Assembly (NCBI GenBank): GCA_964247055.1
Contig: OZ176053.1
Location: forward strand, 124,001 to 188,000
Direction of reading: 5' to 3'
Length of the DNA stretch: 64,000 bases
From: Paragordius varius
Lineage: Eukaryota > Animalia > Nematomorpha
Shown in pieces: positions 39,097-53,500 of the stretch. The position numbers and the translations under genes were made by a program. Under the pieces are notes generated by a model. That model was not told the DNA's origin. It was given only the letters and a program-made list of their open reading frames with translations, and did no database searches. The stretch's first letter is position 1, and every line of letters starts with the position of its first letter.

Positions 39097-41129
39097 CGGT
39101 AAAAATGTATTAACCGAATAAATCAAATATTAATTAGGATCTTTAGCAGACGCTTTTTATCTATAATTTTATTTGGTGGCCATATTAAATTTTAATAACA
39201 AATTTACATACATAACACAGACATCATATTGAAAACATATGATTAGCTAACGTATATCTTACGCTTGATAATTTTAACGAAATTTTTGATTTGAAAATCT
39301 CAATTCGGTATATTTTATTGGAATATATATAATATTATCATCAAGTTGTAATATTATTAAATTTAATTTAAATTTCTTGTATTTCACGAAATAAACTTTT
39401 GTTTGAACTTACCTTTTAGTTGGTATAAACATCATTTTCAGTAAAAGTTATTTTAAATTTTTTATGTATCTTTAGCAGAGATAAATCTATATTAGATTTT
39501 TATATTTTACACCAATTTTATCCATTAAAGTCTTACAATTTATTTTTATGTATCCGTGATTATTATAATTTTAGATTTCTCGCTTCTGTTGACTAAATTC
39601 TCTAATCATGTAAATATATTGGAGTTGGTTTAATATTTAGTCAATTAATGTTACGACGGTCTCCAATGTTTGGATGAAACTACCCTTCAAAATCGTTTGA
39701 GTGTTAAGAGCATTTGATTGCAATAAAAGCTATTTAACATGGGATTAACATAATAAATTTTATAATTATTTATTAATTTAATTTACTATTATGGATAAAT
39801 TTGGTATCTATTGCTATCAATTAGTATAAATTTAAATCCATTCCTTATGTGGAATGCTCAAGTATTTTTATGTTGGCCTTGTTATAGGAAGCTAAATTTT
39901 ACAAATGTCAGAAAGGTTTTCCCATGCAACTTTACAGGAATCTCATGAAATTTTCATAGATATAAGAAAACTAAATTATGTGATCTATTTTAAAATTGCC
40001 CACTAAAATCATCACTTTTTAAATACCAAACTTATCATTAGAGGCACCCTTATATTTTATCAGTGTGAGTGTAGAATAATTTTAATTCGCGAGTACCAAA
40101 AACTTTTGATTTCAGGCTAAATTCTCTGCGTAAAATTAAAATGGCCTAGAAAAATGCGCTTTAATAGATTACACCCATAATTTGCCCTTAAAAAATTCGT
40201 CGAAACAGTTTTTATAGCTCTAAAAATTAGTAAACAGTGACATTCCTCTTCATTTGTCAAAATGCAAATACTATTCAAACTAAGAATGATTTTAGATGAA
40301 AAGAATAGCATGGGAGATGGAGTTTCTACTTCTGGCCTTTACTCTTAACATCAAATATCGTGGAAATTTTTACTTGAATACTAAGTTTTATTTTCAAAAG
40401 AGTTATTCTAAATGCTTTTGTTCTAATACTCCGAAGTTAGGGTGTAAGTCTGCAAGTATGGTTTTAATTGTGGTATTTTCTGATTAAAATAAAATGTTTT
40501 CTGACAATGATTTATATTAACGTAAACATGGGCTCTCATTGGCATAACAACCCTTTTATAGATCAAATGTGAATTATTTTAATATTGAGTATTTATTTTA
40601 TATCATATAATATTATACTCATTTTTTAAATAATATATTGATATTTGGTTCTTATTATGGTTAAAAATGCAGTTAAAAATGCTCAACCTTTAGCTTATCA
40701 TCAATTAAAATGTTATCCAACAATAAAAAAATGCATATGAATGAGCTGAGGTAATTAGTTTGGAGCATTGCTTATTTTAAAAAGCTCATTGATAATACTG
40801 TACATCCAGTGAACACAGTTTTCAGTTATATATGTAGGGTAAGACTTACGATAAGCCATTGAATTAAAAATTAATATTTTTTTGATAATGATTGTGTTTA
40901 AATAATATATTATTGCCACTCTTGAGACTCCATTTCAATCTTATCATTGTGTTTATGCAAATTATTTTATATTTAAAATACATTTTTGGATTTACACATG
41001 CATATAAATATAAATCAAACTATATAATAAAATGTAAAACTTTAAAGTTAAGACGGTTAAAAATACCCATTCTGTGACAAATTTAACTTGATTATTTTAT
41101 TATTCAAATTAACCAGATATAGTCATGAG

Positions 41130-42270
41130 TCATTTAAACGGTTTATAGAATAAACATACGTAGAAGTTAAGCAGATAAATATTTGACACGACACCATTTT
41201 GTTCATCTAACATTCAACGATAACACTTATGTTAAGTCTGCCAAAAAGTAGCCTCTTGTTAATATCATTCATATGTTAAATATTGTTGAAACATTGACTA
41301 CACGCATACTTTCCTTATTCTACTAGAAGAAAAATGCTGTTGAGAGTCATCCCTCGCTGGTGTAAATAATATGGTGAATATAATCCATCCATTAAAATTG
41401 TTAAACATTGTTTAAAAAACTAAAAGTTGTTTAATGAAAGAGAGTGAGTTTTCTAGTCAAACACACAGCTGCGAAAACGATAAACTGCAAGAGTTATTGA
41501 ATGGTGAATTAATTCAAACTAAACGGGAATGGGTATGAGCATTACATGTCTCACAAAACAATGAGTAGACGTCTGTGAAACTGGGTAAATGGATCCCACA
41601 TAATTCGAAGATCGTCAAATCGAAATCAGAGTGCTTGTAAACTTTACGAAAGGATATAATTTTCCATTAAATTGTAACGGATAATGAGGGTTGGCTTTAT
41701 TTGCGAATCCAACGCAAAAAATAGTTGATTTCACCTTGCCAGGATCCATCATCACCAATGCCAAATCTGGGTCTGGTGGGACCAGAGCGGTATTAAGCAT
41801 TTCTAACTTTTGAAACTTTGTAAATTTATTAATCCACAACGCTATCGACAACAAATGATCAAACTAAACCATGCGTTAAATGGAACGACCGGGCCACAAG
41901 ACACGACAAGATTTTCTCCATCACAATGCTGGGTTTCACACATCAAAAGCAGCTCAGGATACCTTAAAATTTTATTCTATGAAAATTCTTCCGCTTTCAC
42001 TATTCTCCTGACCTAAAGCTAGCTATCTAATAACTATTTATTTCCATCAATGTGACACACGCGCCCAGAGAAGCACTTCCATAATTAAGGACGTTTCGAA
42101 AATTGCCTGATAGATTTGTCACAAAAGACAATCAGTTTTTTTGGCACGGCCCTCATATATTACCTGAGAGATTGGCAAATGTAGCCGATGGACACTTTTT
42201 GTAATAATCGAATTCCTTCCATTCAAAATTAAGTTTTTTATTAAAGAACCGGACTTATGACCCATTTATC
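41130..42270 (+). pseudogene. Decayed mariner (DD34D) transposon, Mos1/mauritiana-like transposase, with many frameshifts and stops
   Basis: Fragments occur in colinear order: KKNAVESH, ENDKLQELL, KLGKWIPH (WVPHEL), IVTDNEGWLY, RYRQQMIKLNHAL, FLHHNA..HT, YSPDL, FFWHG.HILPER. Weak TIR candidates at ~41131 and ~42245-42270. Confidence 0.9.
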
Positions 42271-44330
42271 AATATTTAGCTACATATTAGAGGGGTGTTG
42301 TTATAAATCAAAAACGCAATAAATACATATTATCCAGCAAAAACAATTTGACGATAACCGTGTGGTATGAAAAAGTATGAAATCCTCAATAGCGACAAAT
42401 CAAACTCATTTCAACAGCTTAACACACATCTAACCATAATACAATTTAGTTTTGAGTTTTTGTTTAGTATTGCAAATGCTCGGAAATAGCGGCGAATAAA
42501 TTTATTTCTGTCATGTAATTGCGCATTGTAAAATTGCCAAGACTTGTTTTTTAAATGAAGTACAAGGTACTCATTAAAAAATTGCTACTGATTTTAGCTA
42601 AACAAATAATACATTGTTAGAAAATGGGTTAACTCGATACCATGCCACTTAAAATTATGATTTAAACTATCAATATATTTCAAACTTAATAAAAATAATA
42701 TAAAAAGTAATCAAACCAAAATACATAAATAAAATTAAGTTTCGAAAAAATATCCATACTATATCGACGCCATTTTTATTTCACAACTATTTAGTAAAAT
42801 GATCTGTTTTTTGGATACAGCCGTCAAAATTAATACTTTACTCTTCTAATCATACATTCAAGTCGAGATAATTAAGTTTGTATTATTGTTAAATATAGGT
42901 CATCCACTCATGTTATGTTGCCTAGATTTTAGCCTTTAGATTTAACCAAATAACAAATAGTATTTAGTCTATTTGGAGGAACCTTTATATATTTTGGTGA
43001 GTCTGTGGTATATCAAATATATGGTTTTAATATCCCATTTATTTTAATTTAGACAGACCTAGGGTCATCAATTACCCGATTCCAATCAAAGGACATGTAG
43101 ACAGTATTTGTATTTCAGTGTTAAATTTTTTTGTATGAGATTGCGTTATTATTTCTACACATATACCTGACTGCGTATTCCACGAGTTGATGTTATTGTG
43201 TAACTTCCTTGATTATATGAAATGTGTAAAATTTATTTTTGGAGTTTTTTGTGATGATGAATGTAATGAAAAAATGGTATATAAAAGGAATTTTCTCTTA
43301 AAAAGGATTGCCAAATTTATTAAACCTTAAAAAGCAACGCATAAATTAAAACTAACCCTGTTATATGGCAAACTGGTAATTCCGCAACCAGCATTGGCGA
43401 TTATTATATAGAAATGCCCCAATCATAAAATTAAGATTTTTAATTATAAAGCCTACAACAAACTGTGCTTGTAACTTCATATTCAAATTGATATTTTATT
43501 TTACTCACAATATATTATAAAATATTATGACAGATTAAACTATATAATATAATTTTTTACAAACGAAATAATCGGTTTTATTGGATATAGTGAAATACAA
43601 AATATGAATTGTGCTTCTCAAAAATCATTAATGAAAACCACATTCAAGCTTATCTATCCATATACTTAAGTTATAAAATATGTAAAAATATATATTTATA
43701 ATATAAACTAGAATTAATTAATCTTTATAATATTTTTAAATATATTATTAATTTTTTAAATGGACGTCATCATAGATCTTTCCATAAGTCCATGCTGGAA
43801 CATTAAAATATAGGTATATATATTGTTTTGAAGTTTTAAAAAGAAATTTAATTTTTTTAACATTTAAAGAGATTAATACTTATAATTTTATAGATATTTT
43901 AAATTTGTAAATTTTTTAATTTGGTTTTGTTATATCTTTCATTCCCATTCCAATCGTCAAACACTACAAAGGTATATCCTAAAATTTTTATATGATTTTT
44001 TGCAGTGATTCTATCAAGACATTTTCACTTTTTGTCCGCGATATATTGTCGTAGCTTTATCCCCGAGCTCAATTTTGTAATCAAAGTTCTGTTTTGAAAG
44101 TTATTTAAGTTAAAATTTTAATTATCAAACATTGGTCTGTATTAGATAAAAACAACATATATTTTAAAGAGTTTTGTGACTTCTAGAGTCAAAATTGGGA
44201 CAGCTCTAAAACACGATTGAAACGAACAGCCGTCATTAAAATCGATGTAACTTTTGCTGGTAAAGTGTAGTCTGTATGCTTTTTCTAGTTAATTATATAG
44301 ATTTTTAACCATAATATACATATATATTTG

Positions 44331-44872
44331 CCCGTTGCTTTAGCGATTTAAAAAAAATTAAAGAAAAAATGGCGACGAAAAAAAATGAGATAAGGATTTT
44401 TTACAATTTTCTTATGTGTAATGCGCCTAAAAAGTTAAAGGAATCATATAATTCGGCTTATTTACTTAATCGCTCTAAGATAAAAACTACCCCAAAATGT
44501 CATTAAGTTTATAAAAAAATCAAGTTGATTCAACAGTTACATTATATATAATTTAGAAAGCTGTATTTTTAAAGATGTAGATAGAGATTGACCTGAAACT
44601 CAATTGGTTTAGCCAGTTCTAAAGTATTTAGGGAATTTTAGCGTTTATAAAGTCGTGATATTAAACATATTGAGTTAAACATAGATTAGCACTTCATTAC
44701 AATTTGGGGTAGTTTTGTACATTAGAGCGATTTTGATCTCAATAATATTTGAGATATTGAGAGAAATTCATAATGCATTTTTTAGCCTAAATATAAAATT
44801 GTAAAATATTCTCATCTCAAACTTTTTCACCGCTATTTTTTCATTTTTATGATCACCAATAAAACAAACAAA
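44331..44872. mobile_element. Family D inverted-repeat element (~540 bp)
   Basis: The left arm (aatggcgacgaaaaaaaatgagat...cgctctaagataaaaactaccccaaaatgt) matches the reverse complement of the right arm (aatttggggtagttttgtacattagagcgat...ctcatctcaaacttttcaccgctatt). Confidence 0.75.
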
Positions 44873-45004
44873 TAAATATATTGTATGGTTATTAATGTAA
44901 TTAAATAAAAGCTTACAATATTTTAGCAGCAAATTTTTGATATTTTTTGTTCATTAGCTGTTTTTTTCGATCGGGTTTTGGAGTTTCTGCTAAAAGCTAA
45001 GTTT

Positions 45005-45115
45005 TTTAACCAAACGCAACATTTTTTTAAGCCAACGCAATTTTTTAAGCGAACAGCATGTTTTTTTCATCCAAACGCAACACCTTCAGCAAACGCAACA
45101 TTTTTTTCAAGCAAA
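45005..45115. repeat. Short minisatellite, about 5 units of CAAACGCAACATTTTTT(T)AAG
   Basis: Directly visible ~20-nt degenerate tandem repeat. Confidence 0.8.
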
Positions 45116-46459
45116 AAAGGTTGCTTTTGACTGAAAAATAATATACTTTTGAAGGTAATTGTAGAAAATCTAAACCATTATAAATACAGTTAAACAATGT
45201 TCGATAATTAAATTTTGACTTAAAAATCTTTTAAAACAGTAGTTTACAGTTGCTATGAGGTACTACCTGAAAAAAGTTATCGTATGTAAAAATTAAAAAT
45301 TAATGATAAATTAACATCGAGGCATGTTTAAGGTGAATTGTATTTTTGATTCACTGTCTTCATTAAGATACGGCGTAATTTTGAATTTCAATGTACACCT
45401 TTGAATTCGAACCATTGAATAAAAATTGCAATTAATACACAATGTAAACTCTCTGCTAATATGAAAATATTATCTATTACAAATTGAATAATCTATTTCT
45501 AACTCCCTTTCAAAAAAATAAAATTGTGTTTATTTTAGTCAGTTATTATTTTTATTTTAGTCTAATAAGTTTCAAAATTCTTAAGAGCACTAAAGCATTT
45601 GTAATCATTACTTACCATAAAATAATTATTCTCTCTTTTATGTCCTCACATTACTTTTTGGATAAGTTATTTATCCCTAAATTTTTAATCTAAATATCAT
45701 AAAAAATTTCGCGCAAAAATATACATTCTATGTTAATAATATATATTCATTATTCTTTGGCCTTTTCCCTTATAATTGATCACATAGGCTCCGTGATTGC
45801 TTCAGTTGGATGAAAGGTGTTTACAAATTTAGGCCTCTGGGTAGTCTATAATGTTTTCTGCATATATATGCACATGTATAATGTAGTCTCAATAAATATG
45901 TACAATTTTTATTGTTTTTAAGATCCAAACTAAGTTTACATAAATACATATAATTAGGTTCGCTGTTTCAATAAACAAATAACCGGCATGGCGACTAATA
46001 ACCACCAAATTATTTGTAAGCAAATCAAAATAATTATACCAATAGTATATTTATTTGAACAAAAATTATTTTTCATCTATTTTTCTAATATAATTGTGCA
46101 TCATATGTAAATGTTGATTGATAATTTTTAAAATGTGATCATCATAAATGCCTTCAAATCGGTCAAATCATGGGTATTATTTGGGTTTTCTGAAACAAGA
46201 ATAACAGACATTCACATTTAATTTAAAAATATTTTTTATCTTTTAATGAATGAAACACCGACTTTGATTAGAGCATCACTGGCGAAAAAATTGGAAATGA
46301 ATAATTTGACCAGCAGACGAAATTTTAGCAAAATTAATATTCTTTGGATAATAATCTGAAGTAGTCTGTATAAGTGGCAACAAACTAGAAAAAAATGTAT
46401 ATTGTCTTACTTTGATTATGTTTGAAATGTAATAAAATATTTATTATTTAATAGCCATA

Positions 46460-46655
46460 TACAGTATGAGAAAGTATGTGTTGCTAGAAAGTTATTAATT
46501 ATTGCCAAATAGCACATCCAACAAAGGGCAGTGTTATTTGCTAATAATAGTAAAAAGTGAAAAAAAACCAACTCTAAGCCAATAATACTTCCCTTTGTTA
46601 TAAATGCTATTTGGCAATAATTAATATTCTAGCAGTGTATATAATCATGCTGTAT
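46460..46655. mobile_element. Family B MITE (TA|CAGT ends)
   Basis: tacagtatgag...ttgctagaa...attgccaaatagca...aacaaaggg pairs with ccctttgtt...tgctatttggcaataa...ttctagcag...catgctgta. Confidence 0.8.
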
Positions 46656-47571
46656 CTCCATATGCAGCCCGCCAGTATATTTAACGAAATTGCGGCCTGT
46701 GAGGTTGATGACACCTGCTGTAGAGGCTTTCCATTAGTTTCTAAATATTATATGAGTGAATATTCGCTGTAGTTTTTCCATTTTTGATTATTTCAAAGTA
46801 ATTTTGAGAAATTTAAATTGCAAAGTAAATTATCTGATATGTATATTAAAATTGGAATAATCAATAAAACTTCTCAAAATCGATATTCATTTTTATGGTG
46901 ATGGAGAGGATGATTAAACTTGAAGGTTTAGTATTAATGTGTGTTTAGCGGACTTTTCATAATGCTGATATAAGTTGAGAGCGTTTGACGATTAGGGAAT
47001 TAGGCTGAATACCAAAATAGGTGATAAAATCTTTTCATTTTATTACTTTTTAAGTGTTGCCTCTTTAAATAGAATATAAAAAGGTAAGTCATAACTATAT
47101 GGAACACCAATGACAAAAAATCTCAATTTCCATATCGCAATGATTTAGGGATATAAAAGTTATAAAAAATAAGTATTGATAAAGCAAAAATGAATAGCGT
47201 AATAGATAATAGATTTACGGAAAAAAATAAAATGTATCGTCTTGAGAAAAGTAGTAATAAAGTTGACTTGTGTGGATGGACACACGATAGCACTATATAG
47301 CTAATAAAAATCTATAAATAACTGTTTCGCTTTCAATAAAAAGTATCGTATTGGCAAATTTTCGTTTTTTTAAGTAAGATGTTAATAAATATTTCGCTTG
47401 TTAAAAATATACCTGTTATATGACATGAAGATGTTTTGATAGATTTTTAGCGGAAATTCCAATACGCACACATATATATGGAGGGATTTAAAAATTCCAA
47501 AATTTTATTCACACTTGCCAATAATATCTTCTAATCAAAAATTCCAGAAATTATAAAAACTTTGAAAGATA

Positions 47572-50500
47572 ATGGATGAAAAAAGTTACACACTAAAGCT
47601 TAATCCAAGGAAACGGAGCATAACATCAGAAAAAAATGGACAAGGTATATATATGTGAAATATTTTTAGCGATAATCTTATATTTTTATATATAAAGTTG
47701 GCCAAAAGCCTTTTTTCAAAGCCTTTTTTTTTCAAGAATAATTTATGAATGTAAGAACGAAAAAATAAACTAGGTTCCTGAGATTATCGATCTTTAAATT
47801 AAATTTTCGCCATAAAACTTTTAACATTTTTATATTTACGATAAAACTTAATGATTAATAATTAAAAATTTACAAAGATAGTAATTTAAAATTTCATGTA
47901 GATACTAAATTATTTTTTTTACCTTGCCACATTATTCCGGCAATATTAAAGATGATAATGTTTTCTAATCCTAAATTTTTGAATTATTTGGTTAATTTAT
48001 ATGTTAAATCAATCTATAAGCCCGCTCGTTATATTTTCCGTAAAATTTTAATTTATTATAAATGTCTATATTATATTATTTAGATATTATAAAATATATA
48101 TATATATTCTGATAGATAAATATATCAGGATTTCATAATGCGTTTGGTTGTGGCCCTTACGAGTGATTTAATAAAGTATTTACCACTTATGGGTACCTGC
48201 GCTCGATATCGTCACAAAAATAGCGCACATCTTATAAATATTGGTGAAAGCAATGCTTCATTTAAAAAATAATCGCTAAAATATATCAACTATAAAAAGC
48301 AAAACAATATTTATAAAAATTTTAAAGATGTGGACTCCGAAAGTTTTAAATTTTCAAACTCAATCTAAAATGGGCTGTTTTCTTAATATGCAAAAATGCT
48401 GATATTGGGCAATAACAATTTATTTTATTTTGACATAATAATATATTTTTTTAATGTGTGCTTAAAAAATAATTAAAATTTTTTTGAGGGCCGTGTTTTG
48501 AGACATGGTCAAAAGGCATAAAAACACCTTAAACACTTTTTTCTATATAATTAGCTGATGCTGAACATTTCCATTACCTTAAATTTTTTGCAACATTTGC
48601 TCGTCTTCAGTTTTAAGTTAGATATAAAATGTGTTTTTTGCAAAAAAATTCTATTTAAAATTTAACACGAATGGTGATAGAAATTTCAGCATTGTCAAAT
48701 AATATATTAAAAGCGTTTCTATATTACTTTAAGCGTTTGCATATTGACCAAGCTTGAAAAACAAAGTAATATCACCAAAATTTTGTTACAAATTAATTTT
48801 TTAAGTATACTATCCATTTCATAAAAATGATATCAAAATTTAGCACATATTTTAAATTGTTATCTCGCAATATCGACATTTTTACGTTTAGTTTAAGAAA
48901 ATTGATCCATAGATGGATTTAAAAATTTGGAATTTTAGAGTCTACAACTTAAATTTTATTAATTTACTGTTTTGCTGTTTGTGTTAATATATAGCAATGG
49001 GATTTACCAAAAAAATTTATTTAGCAAATTTGCGCTATTTTTCCGATTTTACGATATCGAGCAATTACGACAAAAGTGCAGATAGCTTTCTAATATCACT
49101 CGTAAGCCCCAAAACCAAAAGCAGCAGGAGAATCCTAACATTTTATCTATCCCAGTGTATATATACTTCATCAAGATTTATTTTATAAACCCCAATTTAG
49201 TGCGCAGTCTATCTAATTATACTTTAAAAGCAAATTTTAAAAATACTGTTTCTTTCTATATAATTCTGCTATGTGAAAAATATACTCAACAAACTTAATA
49301 AATTTTAAAATTACATGTATAAGTTATATAATTATATATTTATAATAAGATTTACCAATTCGATTAATTCAAAACAAAAGAAAAAGGACAAAACAAAGCA
49401 ATTGTGTTTAAGAGGCTTAACCCTCAATTAATTTATACATATTATTTATTATCATGAAAAAAGTTTTATAAGTACTAGCTTATATGGACAACAGTAATAT
49501 GATGCATTAGTCCATTTATAAAGTATAAAAAGGGGGTATTTTTAATCATAAATAATTGCTACAATATTTTTTCATTTTTTTCATTTTATTTTTTTTAATT
49601 ATAAAATTTTATTTCCAAAGTCCTATTAACTTCGTATTCGGATCAATTCAATAATTTACCATCGGCCAGCCCCAATTCACCTAACGATAATTATAAATCT
49701 CTGAACGAACTTGACCACTCTGAGCGGAACAGAGACGCCTCCTTATTAGTTTCACGTAATTTATCCCAAAAATCTACGCCATTATCAATAAATTCAGGGG
49801 AAAAAAGTGAAAACAGTCCAACCGAATCTCAGAATAGTTTTGCTAATTCTGAAAATCGCCCTTTTTCAAACTCAAACCTAGTTGTAACTACCTCATCATC
49901 CCCCAATAATCCTAATAATAAAACATCTACCAAAGTTATCTATAACAACAATACAGATCAAAACACATTAACTCCGCATAAAAACGAAGGGAAAGGGAAA
50001 AGCTTAATATTCGTCATGACAAGTCTCTTACTTTGCGCATTTTCTTTTTGTGTTGGCGCGGCTCTGTTATTTACTTACTTAGCGGGTCAATCCATAGTTG
50101 TTAATCCACCGCCGGTTCAACCCCAAATACTAGCTGGTAATGTTATAAAAGCCCCAACATTAGATGAATTTTTGGCTCAAAATATTAGATTCTTTCAACA
50201 AGCAAGCATTGGGAATGTAAAGGCGACAAATTTGTCCTCCTCTCCAATAAACGTGTTAATTCAACCACCGACTGATAAAAAGTATGAATATGATTATTTT
50301 GTTAGCATTTTTTGACATAATTGAATATAATCAAACATATGCAATGGACCCCCCGTCCTATATAATAACCCAAAATGTCTTTTTAAAATCGGAAAAGTGC
50401 ATGATATCCAGATAAGCAATTATTTTATACGAGTATTATGAAGGATTTTTTTCCCAAATATCTATCCATGGTGATTTAATAATTTAGATTTGCAGTGACT

Positions 50501-53500
50501 AATGCTCAATGATTTTATGCTGTTCATTGTATAAAATTTAGGGTCAAGAGTTATGTTAAACGATAACATATTTTAAGGTACCGTAGTATTTTTTTACGAA
50601 AAAATTTAAGGTATATTAGAGGGTTTTTGATAAAAATGCAACAAACCTTAAGGTTTTGGATATTTTGATTTATTGTATAAATGATTTTGATCATTTTCAT
50701 AATATTTCACGAATTCCTATATATTTTTTTAATTTTTTAACACTTCTGTTTTTTAATGACTGGTTGGTAAATCGTCGCACTCTAGATGGGGTTAACTTGA
50801 TACTTGCGGAATTCATATTAGTGAATGAAACCAAGTTTCAATTGGATTTTGTTGGTAACAATATGGCGGGAGGAACAATAGACGATCAAAATAGGGTTTG
50901 ATCGTTGAGTATACTTATGTATAGGAGCATTATCTAATACTCTTATATCACAAGCAAGTTTTGCTCGATAAACTCTGGAATCGAAATGCCAATTTTTGGT
51001 GAAATCATTGTTATGATAAACAAATGAAGCTTTTTTATTCAAACTTGCCGAATAACTGAAACACCTATGAGACATAGGAAATTTAAATAATTATTTAATT
51101 TGTGACAACAATATATGGATTTCTTTGAAGCTGGTCATCTACCTAAGGGTCTATATTGCTCCAAATAAACTGAACATCTCTTCTCAAATCAAAGCTTTCG
51201 TTTTTAAAGCTTAAACCAATATTCCAAGGCATGAATGTAACAGTATTGAACAATGCTGCAATACATAATTGTGGTCTACAATTAAACCATATTCTTATCG
51301 GCTATTATTTGTCCCTCCATAACCTTACGAATATGATCCTAAGAAGCTTGGTTTCATTTAGGTTAATGGTAAATCACTAAATTAACCCCATCTAACAGAC
51401 AATAATTACCTAAATGTATTGTACGACTTTACATAAATCAGTCATTTATCATTGAGAAATATTACATTAATGTATGATGTAAAATATAACTTGTCTAAAA
51501 TAGTTGTAAATTTATGTAAAATTTATTAAGAAAAATTGTTTAATTTCAACCATTTGTTGTTTTTAACCATACGATACTGTATGAAGACTTGTAAGATAGT
51601 GTTAAATTTTTACATTTTACAAAAAAAATTTATTATATTATTGCTGAAATAATTTAATTTTTACTGACAGTGCAATAGGTGAAGCTGAACCCAATAACAA
51701 AAATTTTATGGATTACAATATGGCAGCTTGGAAAAATAAATTGGGACTTCCAATAAACTTCACTAATGATTGGAATGAAATATCACTTCGACATCGTTTA
51801 AATTTGGTATGAATTTTATAATACATTTTATACGCCTTAAATTTCCATTAAACACTTCAAATTCACCCCTGAACATTGCAAAACCTAATATGTGTTTTTC
51901 GACTAATCTAACTTATCATTGATATCAAATATTTCTTTATGGTATAGTCTATCTTTATATTCTGACTTATATGTTAATTTTAAACAAAAGTTTATTTATT
52001 AACATAGTTTATTTTTAAGGTGTTATATACAAGTTAAAGATTGATTTTAAAATTAAGGGTGGTTAAGGTGTGAATGGGTATATTTACGGTTTTGTTTAAA
52101 AAAAGAATATTTTTTAAAATATAAATTTGCCTTAACATATATCCATTAAACAGAAATCGCCCAAAGTCCAAAAAGATGTACGACTCCCTAAAACCCTGAA
52201 GCCATTTCATTATACCATTCAGTTTTTACCACTTGTGGATTTTAACGTTGAAACTGAGAGGAAAGCTATTTTAGCACAATTAGCCCATATAATCCCACTT
52301 TCTAACACAGATAAACAAAATAAAAATAGGGTATACCAATATAATTTAATTATTATTTTTTTTTAAAAAAAATGGAATAAATTCTGATTTTTTACCCTAA
52401 AAATAGAATGAAATTAGTGATCTTGAGGATTCCTTACTTAAAAAGTTTAAAAACGAATTTGACGCACAAGAACAAACCAACCATAAAAATGATAACAAGA
52501 TTAGTAATGAAGCCAGAAAAAAGCGTAAAAGCCGCACCTCTCCTAGTTTTAGAGCTGAAAACAAACCCAATGGGGTAAATCAAAAACAATTGCTCCATTT
52601 AAATCCGTTTGTAGTGGAGAAACATGCAGGGAGCTTGCTTAAAAAATACCCCTCCTCATCACCTAAAAATTTGAAAAAGCAGAATGCAAAAAGATTAAAA
52701 CGTTTACCTTATTCAACGGTACCACACCCTAACAGTTATAACTATGGCAGCACCCCAAAGCATGCTTTGAATCAGCAAAACTTTGCGGAAGAAGATATTT
52801 TGATTGCAAACATTTTTGCCAATATTTTATCTCTGGATATTAATACGATAAAACAATTGTTTATGCTGACAAATTTTTCGCCCTCAAACATTGTTGGCCT
52901 TAGTGGTGGTGATGTAAAAATGGGCAATCTTTTTAGTTTTGGGACGGAACTGGTAAAACGCTTAAATTTGACTGGATCCACGGGTTTAAACCATGCGAAT
53001 GGCAAATCGAATGGGATAGTTAATGGAAATAAAACGCTATTCGCCTTTTTCGGTTCCGTCAAAATTTATTTCAAAACATGTAACGATGAAACTGCCAAAC
53101 TCGATACCATAACTCTCCATGCTAAAAGTAAAATGATATCTTTTAAAAATTTTAATAAAACAGCCAAAATATTTTAAAATTATGAATATGCAATAGAATC
53201 ATTGCAAATTTTGGATCCACAACTTGTGACTTTACACGAATTAACCCCCAATCCTAAGCCAAAACTCCAAAACTACCCCATTGAAATTGACGATGCCACG
53301 TTGCTTAAAAGTGCTCATGAGGCTAGTTTTTCCATTTTTTATATCAAACTTTGTTTTATAAAAAAAGTAATTGTTTGATTAAACCAGGTGCCAACACAAA
53401 TGGCTTCGCGGCCCACATTTGAATATAAAATGGACATTCATAATTATTTACCAACTAAATTTCATACATAAAACTGAAAAATGCAAACACAGTATAACGA

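Noticed and set aside
39100-40500. Possible small gene or TE relic divergent from BRWD (ORFs 40117-40311, 40296-40487)
   Set aside because: No consistent frame across candidate splice sites and no recognisable motif.
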